Source: Mobula hypostoma (lineage: Eukaryota). Taken from it: a stretch of DNA of 64,000 nt. Every line of letters starts with the position of its first letter. The stretch's first letter is position 1. The stretch covers positions 22,940,001-23,004,000 of the forward strand of contig NC_086124.1 of NCBI RefSeq assembly GCF_963921235.1, in the 5' to 3' direction. This document shows, piece after piece, positions 62,261 through 64,000 of this stretch. The notes below the pieces were generated by a model. The model ran no database searches and was not told where the DNA came from. It worked only from the letters and a program-made list of their open reading frames with translations. Both the position numbers and the translations under genes were made by a program.

Positions 62261-64000
62261 TCTCGGTGTTTAAGATTAGCGAGGTGAATTCGTTCCAGGG
62301 CAGAGGGAGGGACTTGCAGTTGGTTAAGAAGGCTGCTCGGTGTGTTGTAGAGGCAGCGAGTACAGCCTCTGCTTTCCAGTGGTGGAGACCCGGGTTCGAT
62401 GCCCACCTTCGCCGTTGTGGTCGCCTGTGTGTGTGTGTGTGTGTGTGTGTACCAAATGGTCAATGCCCGTAACTGCTGGTCAATTTTATATAAAAACGGC
62501 ATTTCTCTGTTTAGACTTTAGAACAGTGTGGGTGATAGGGCCGGGCTGCTTCGCGTGATTGAGAAACATCTGCGAGCTTGTCAAAGTCCCCTTAATCGGC
62601 GACGGCACCTCTGCTTCACTGTGATGCGGCTGCAAATAGCATTTTGATTGTTCCTGCACCTCACCGTGCTTGTGAGCCACCCTGAGGCGGTGTGGGAGAG
62701 ACCAGAGGCGCGCAGGAATCCCTGCTGGGTTGCGCGCTGGCCCCTGCGGGTGCTGCCCTCCAGCGCTCGCACCCTGGAAGCGCAGCTGCATTGCACCATC
62801 TGTGTTTGACCCAGCGGGCAATGTGAATTTCCTGAGCGCTTGTTCTCGCACACACACGCGACAACAGGACAACGCCACATGTACCTTGAACCTTCAGACT
62901 CAAGGACTTGCGCTAATATTATTTTGTGACTGTATGACCTATCGTAACTTTATGTGCGGTGTGCTGTGTGTGACTCTGTTTTGCACCTTGGCGGCGGAGG
63001 ACCGATATTTCGTTTAGCTGTTTACACGTGTATGGTTTGAATGACAATTAAATTTGATTTTGATTTTGATTTGTTTTGGCACGTGACAATAAACATATAT
63101 TGTTGCAAGTTAACACGCATCGTCAGGAAGGGCAGAGGTTCCCGACCTAAGGTCCACCGACCCCTCGGTTAATAGTAGGTGTCCACGGCATTAAGGAAGT
63201 TTGGGAACCCCTGAATTGGGGAAACCAATGTGACTGCGCGCGAATTTAAGTAGAATCTCAGAAGCACCTCGCTTCCTTTACACTTGAGCAGGGAACCAAC
63301 ACATCTCAGGGTGGGCGCCAGGGCTGTCGATGTGCATAATACATCTTCTCGCAGTGATCCCAAGGGTTTCCCCCGGGTTCGCTGATTTCCTCCCATGTTC
63401 CAACGAGTGTTGGGGTGATGGGATTCTGTGTGTGTGTGTGTGTGGGGGGGGGGGTGGGTGGGTATGAAGTGGATCTTGGTAGGATTAGTGTACCAGCGGG
63501 TACTAGATGATGGGAGAAGATTTGAACAGTGGAAGGCCCCGTTTCTGGGATAAGCAACGATGAAACCTGCATTCGTCATACAGGCGGCGTAGGGGATACA
63601 GTGATGTTAGAACACAAGACAGTACGGGCCCTTCACAAATAGCTGGAGTCCTAGACCTGATCCCGTGCTGGGCTACGATCATTTTAATTCCATTAAAATA
63701 ATCCTGGTTTGTCAAGTATCACAGGATCATTGAAACTGGGAAAACAGCACAGTTAATGCCCAGGTTCCTGTTTCCAGTCACCGTCCCTGTCCCTGCAATA
63801 ATCTGTCCTGCCCTCGGCCCAGCACACAGGTGCAATCCTAAGGAAGGCGTACCAACATCTTTGCCTTGTTAGGGCTGGTTACCTAACACTAACACTTCTA
63901 CAGCTGTACTCTTGAAAGTATCCTGAAAGGCTGTATCGTGGTCTGGTTCTGCAATTCGAATGCGCAGAAACGAAAGAAGCTGTAGAGAAGAGTAGTGGAC

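Overview
Vertebrate genomic DNA, inferred to be cartilaginous fish and probably a ray, from its CR1/L2/Penelope retroelements, V-domain tRNA-SINEs and 52-bp minisatellite. It is not prokaryotic. Three spliced genes were rebuilt by hand from GT-AG junctions with consistent reading phases. (1) IMP4, minus strand: exons 1-5 at 16360->5380, first coding exon is only ATG, 3' exons lie left of the window. (2) CCDC115/VMA22, plus strand: 5 exons at 16826-31738, 225 aa, head-to-head with IMP4 across a ~465-bp CCAAT-rich promoter. (3) ALAS2, erythroid 5-aminolevulinate synthase, minus strand: non-coding exon 1 with a canonical iron-responsive element at 62034-62058, 10 coding exons at 56349->35559, 602 aa, tail-to-tail with CCDC115. 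Most remaining sequence is transposon debris: CR1 copies, an internally deleted Tigger/pogo element, a Harbinger-like MITE, Tc1-derived elements, Penelope, Tx1 and L2/Rex fragments, SINEs, low-complexity repeats and a 212-N gap. Most short ORFs in the supplied track are artefacts of these repeats. Best leads: complementary (CA)n/(UG)n tracts bracketing the frame-preserving ALAS2 exon 4; stop-start (UGAUG) uORFs at both the ALAS2 and CCDC115 start codons, the ALAS2 one starting at the base of the IRE; physical linkage of CCDC115 and ALAS2, two iron/heme genes; a duplicated 50-bp GATA-containing module in ALAS2; and a CTG-N9-GATA candidate enhancer in ALAS2 intron 1. None of these can be shown to be novel or functional from sequence alone.
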